From IMG/VR virus record IMGVR_UViG_3300019458_000020, positions 124,001-188,000 of that record: 64,000 nt of DNA; one strand, given 5' to 3'. The notes below the pieces were generated by a model that worked only from the letters and a program-made list of their open reading frames with translations, did not search any database and was not told the origin of the DNA. The first letter of the stretch is position 1. Every line of letters starts with the position of its first letter. This document shows, piece by piece, positions 63,431 through 64,000 of the stretch. The translations under genes and the position numbers were made by a program.

Positions 63431-63693
63431 AATTTTCTTACTTTATTCAACCATTTATTGAAATTATCGTCGTATTCTCCCAATTTACAATTAGGTTCTG
63501 GCTTCAAATTCTCACCGTTCAATAAATACTTATAAACTTCGTGAAAAAATTCCGCACCAAATCTTGTAGAAAAAATAAAAGGAGACTGAAATCTAATATA
63601 AAATTCTCTCTTTAATTTTACGTAATCGACTGCATATTGTTGTGATTGTGACAACAATTTCATGGCATCAGAACAAAATATTATATCATTCAT
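63427..63693 (-). CDS. Hypothetical protein
   Basis: ORF track. Confidence 0.5.
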   Translation of the reverse strand: MNDIIFCSDAMKLLSQSQQYAVDYVKLKREFYIRFQSPFIFSTRFGAEFFHEVYKYLLNGENLKPEPNCKLGEYDDNFNKWLNKVRKL

Positions 63694-63934
63694 TGGAATT
63701 TTTATTTAATGAATCTACCATGAATTTTAAAAATGGTAAAGTATTCATATCTACTGCACCATCTCTTTCTAATACTACTCCTTCTCCTAAATTCCAAGGA
63801 TGTCCTTCACGACTCATTAAATTTGACCAAATTCCCATCCTTTTAACCGATTCTTGCCATTCTTCTTTTGAATAAATAAAATTTCTTTTGAATAGTTGCC
63901 ACGTTAATGGGTCTTTTTCTTCCCACCTACTCAA
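63686..63934 (-). CDS. Hypothetical protein
   Basis: ORF track. Confidence 0.5.
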   Translation of the reverse strand: MSRWEEKDPLTWQLFKRNFIYSKEEWQESVKRMGIWSNLMSREGHPWNLGEGVVLERDGAVDMNTLPFLKFMVDSLNKNSNE

Positions 63935-64000
63935 TTCTATAAAGTATAGTGGTTTATCATCACTATCTTTATATTCCGGATAAATTTCAAATGTATGTCT

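Noticed and set aside
1-64000. Stop-codon recoding or suppressor tRNAs
   Set aside because: Long genes are open in code 11. No CTA or TCA anticodon was found; the TGA anticodon at 46714 is Ser(UGA), not a Sec or opal suppressor.

Overview
A 64 kb fragment of an AT-rich huge (jumbo) myovirus-like phage genome, read in standard genetic code, with almost all genes on the minus strand. The left part (1-30.5 kb) is a virion baseplate/tail module: T4 gp6-like wedge, gp25-like, central-spike-like and tail-collar-like proteins, FG-GAP and Fn3 proteins, and four tandem fibre-like paralogues. It also carries a gp55-like sigma factor, free-standing GIY-YIG and DUF559-like endonucleases, and a ~105-nt IS200/IS605-like miniature element. 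The right part (36-62 kb) is a large RNA island with about 49 recognisable tRNA genes covering all 20 amino acids. Many have atypical architecture: a covarying A18/G55 elbow, swapped variable-arm classes, and one 87-nt D-loop insertion. The island also contains a ~290-nt RNase P RNA, several tRNA-like or repeated structured RNAs, RNA-handling enzymes (DRB0094-type RNA ligase, two YhaM-like HD hydrolases, an RlmN-like radical SAM enzyme, a CysC-like P-loop kinase), HNH endonucleases and small metabolic genes. At the head of the dense array, a promoter, a 46-codon leader ORF and competing antiterminator/terminator pairings look like a translation-sensing attenuator. Together these suggest a phage-encoded tRNA supply, maturation and repair system. 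All family assignments are by eye from motifs; no database search or folding was run.
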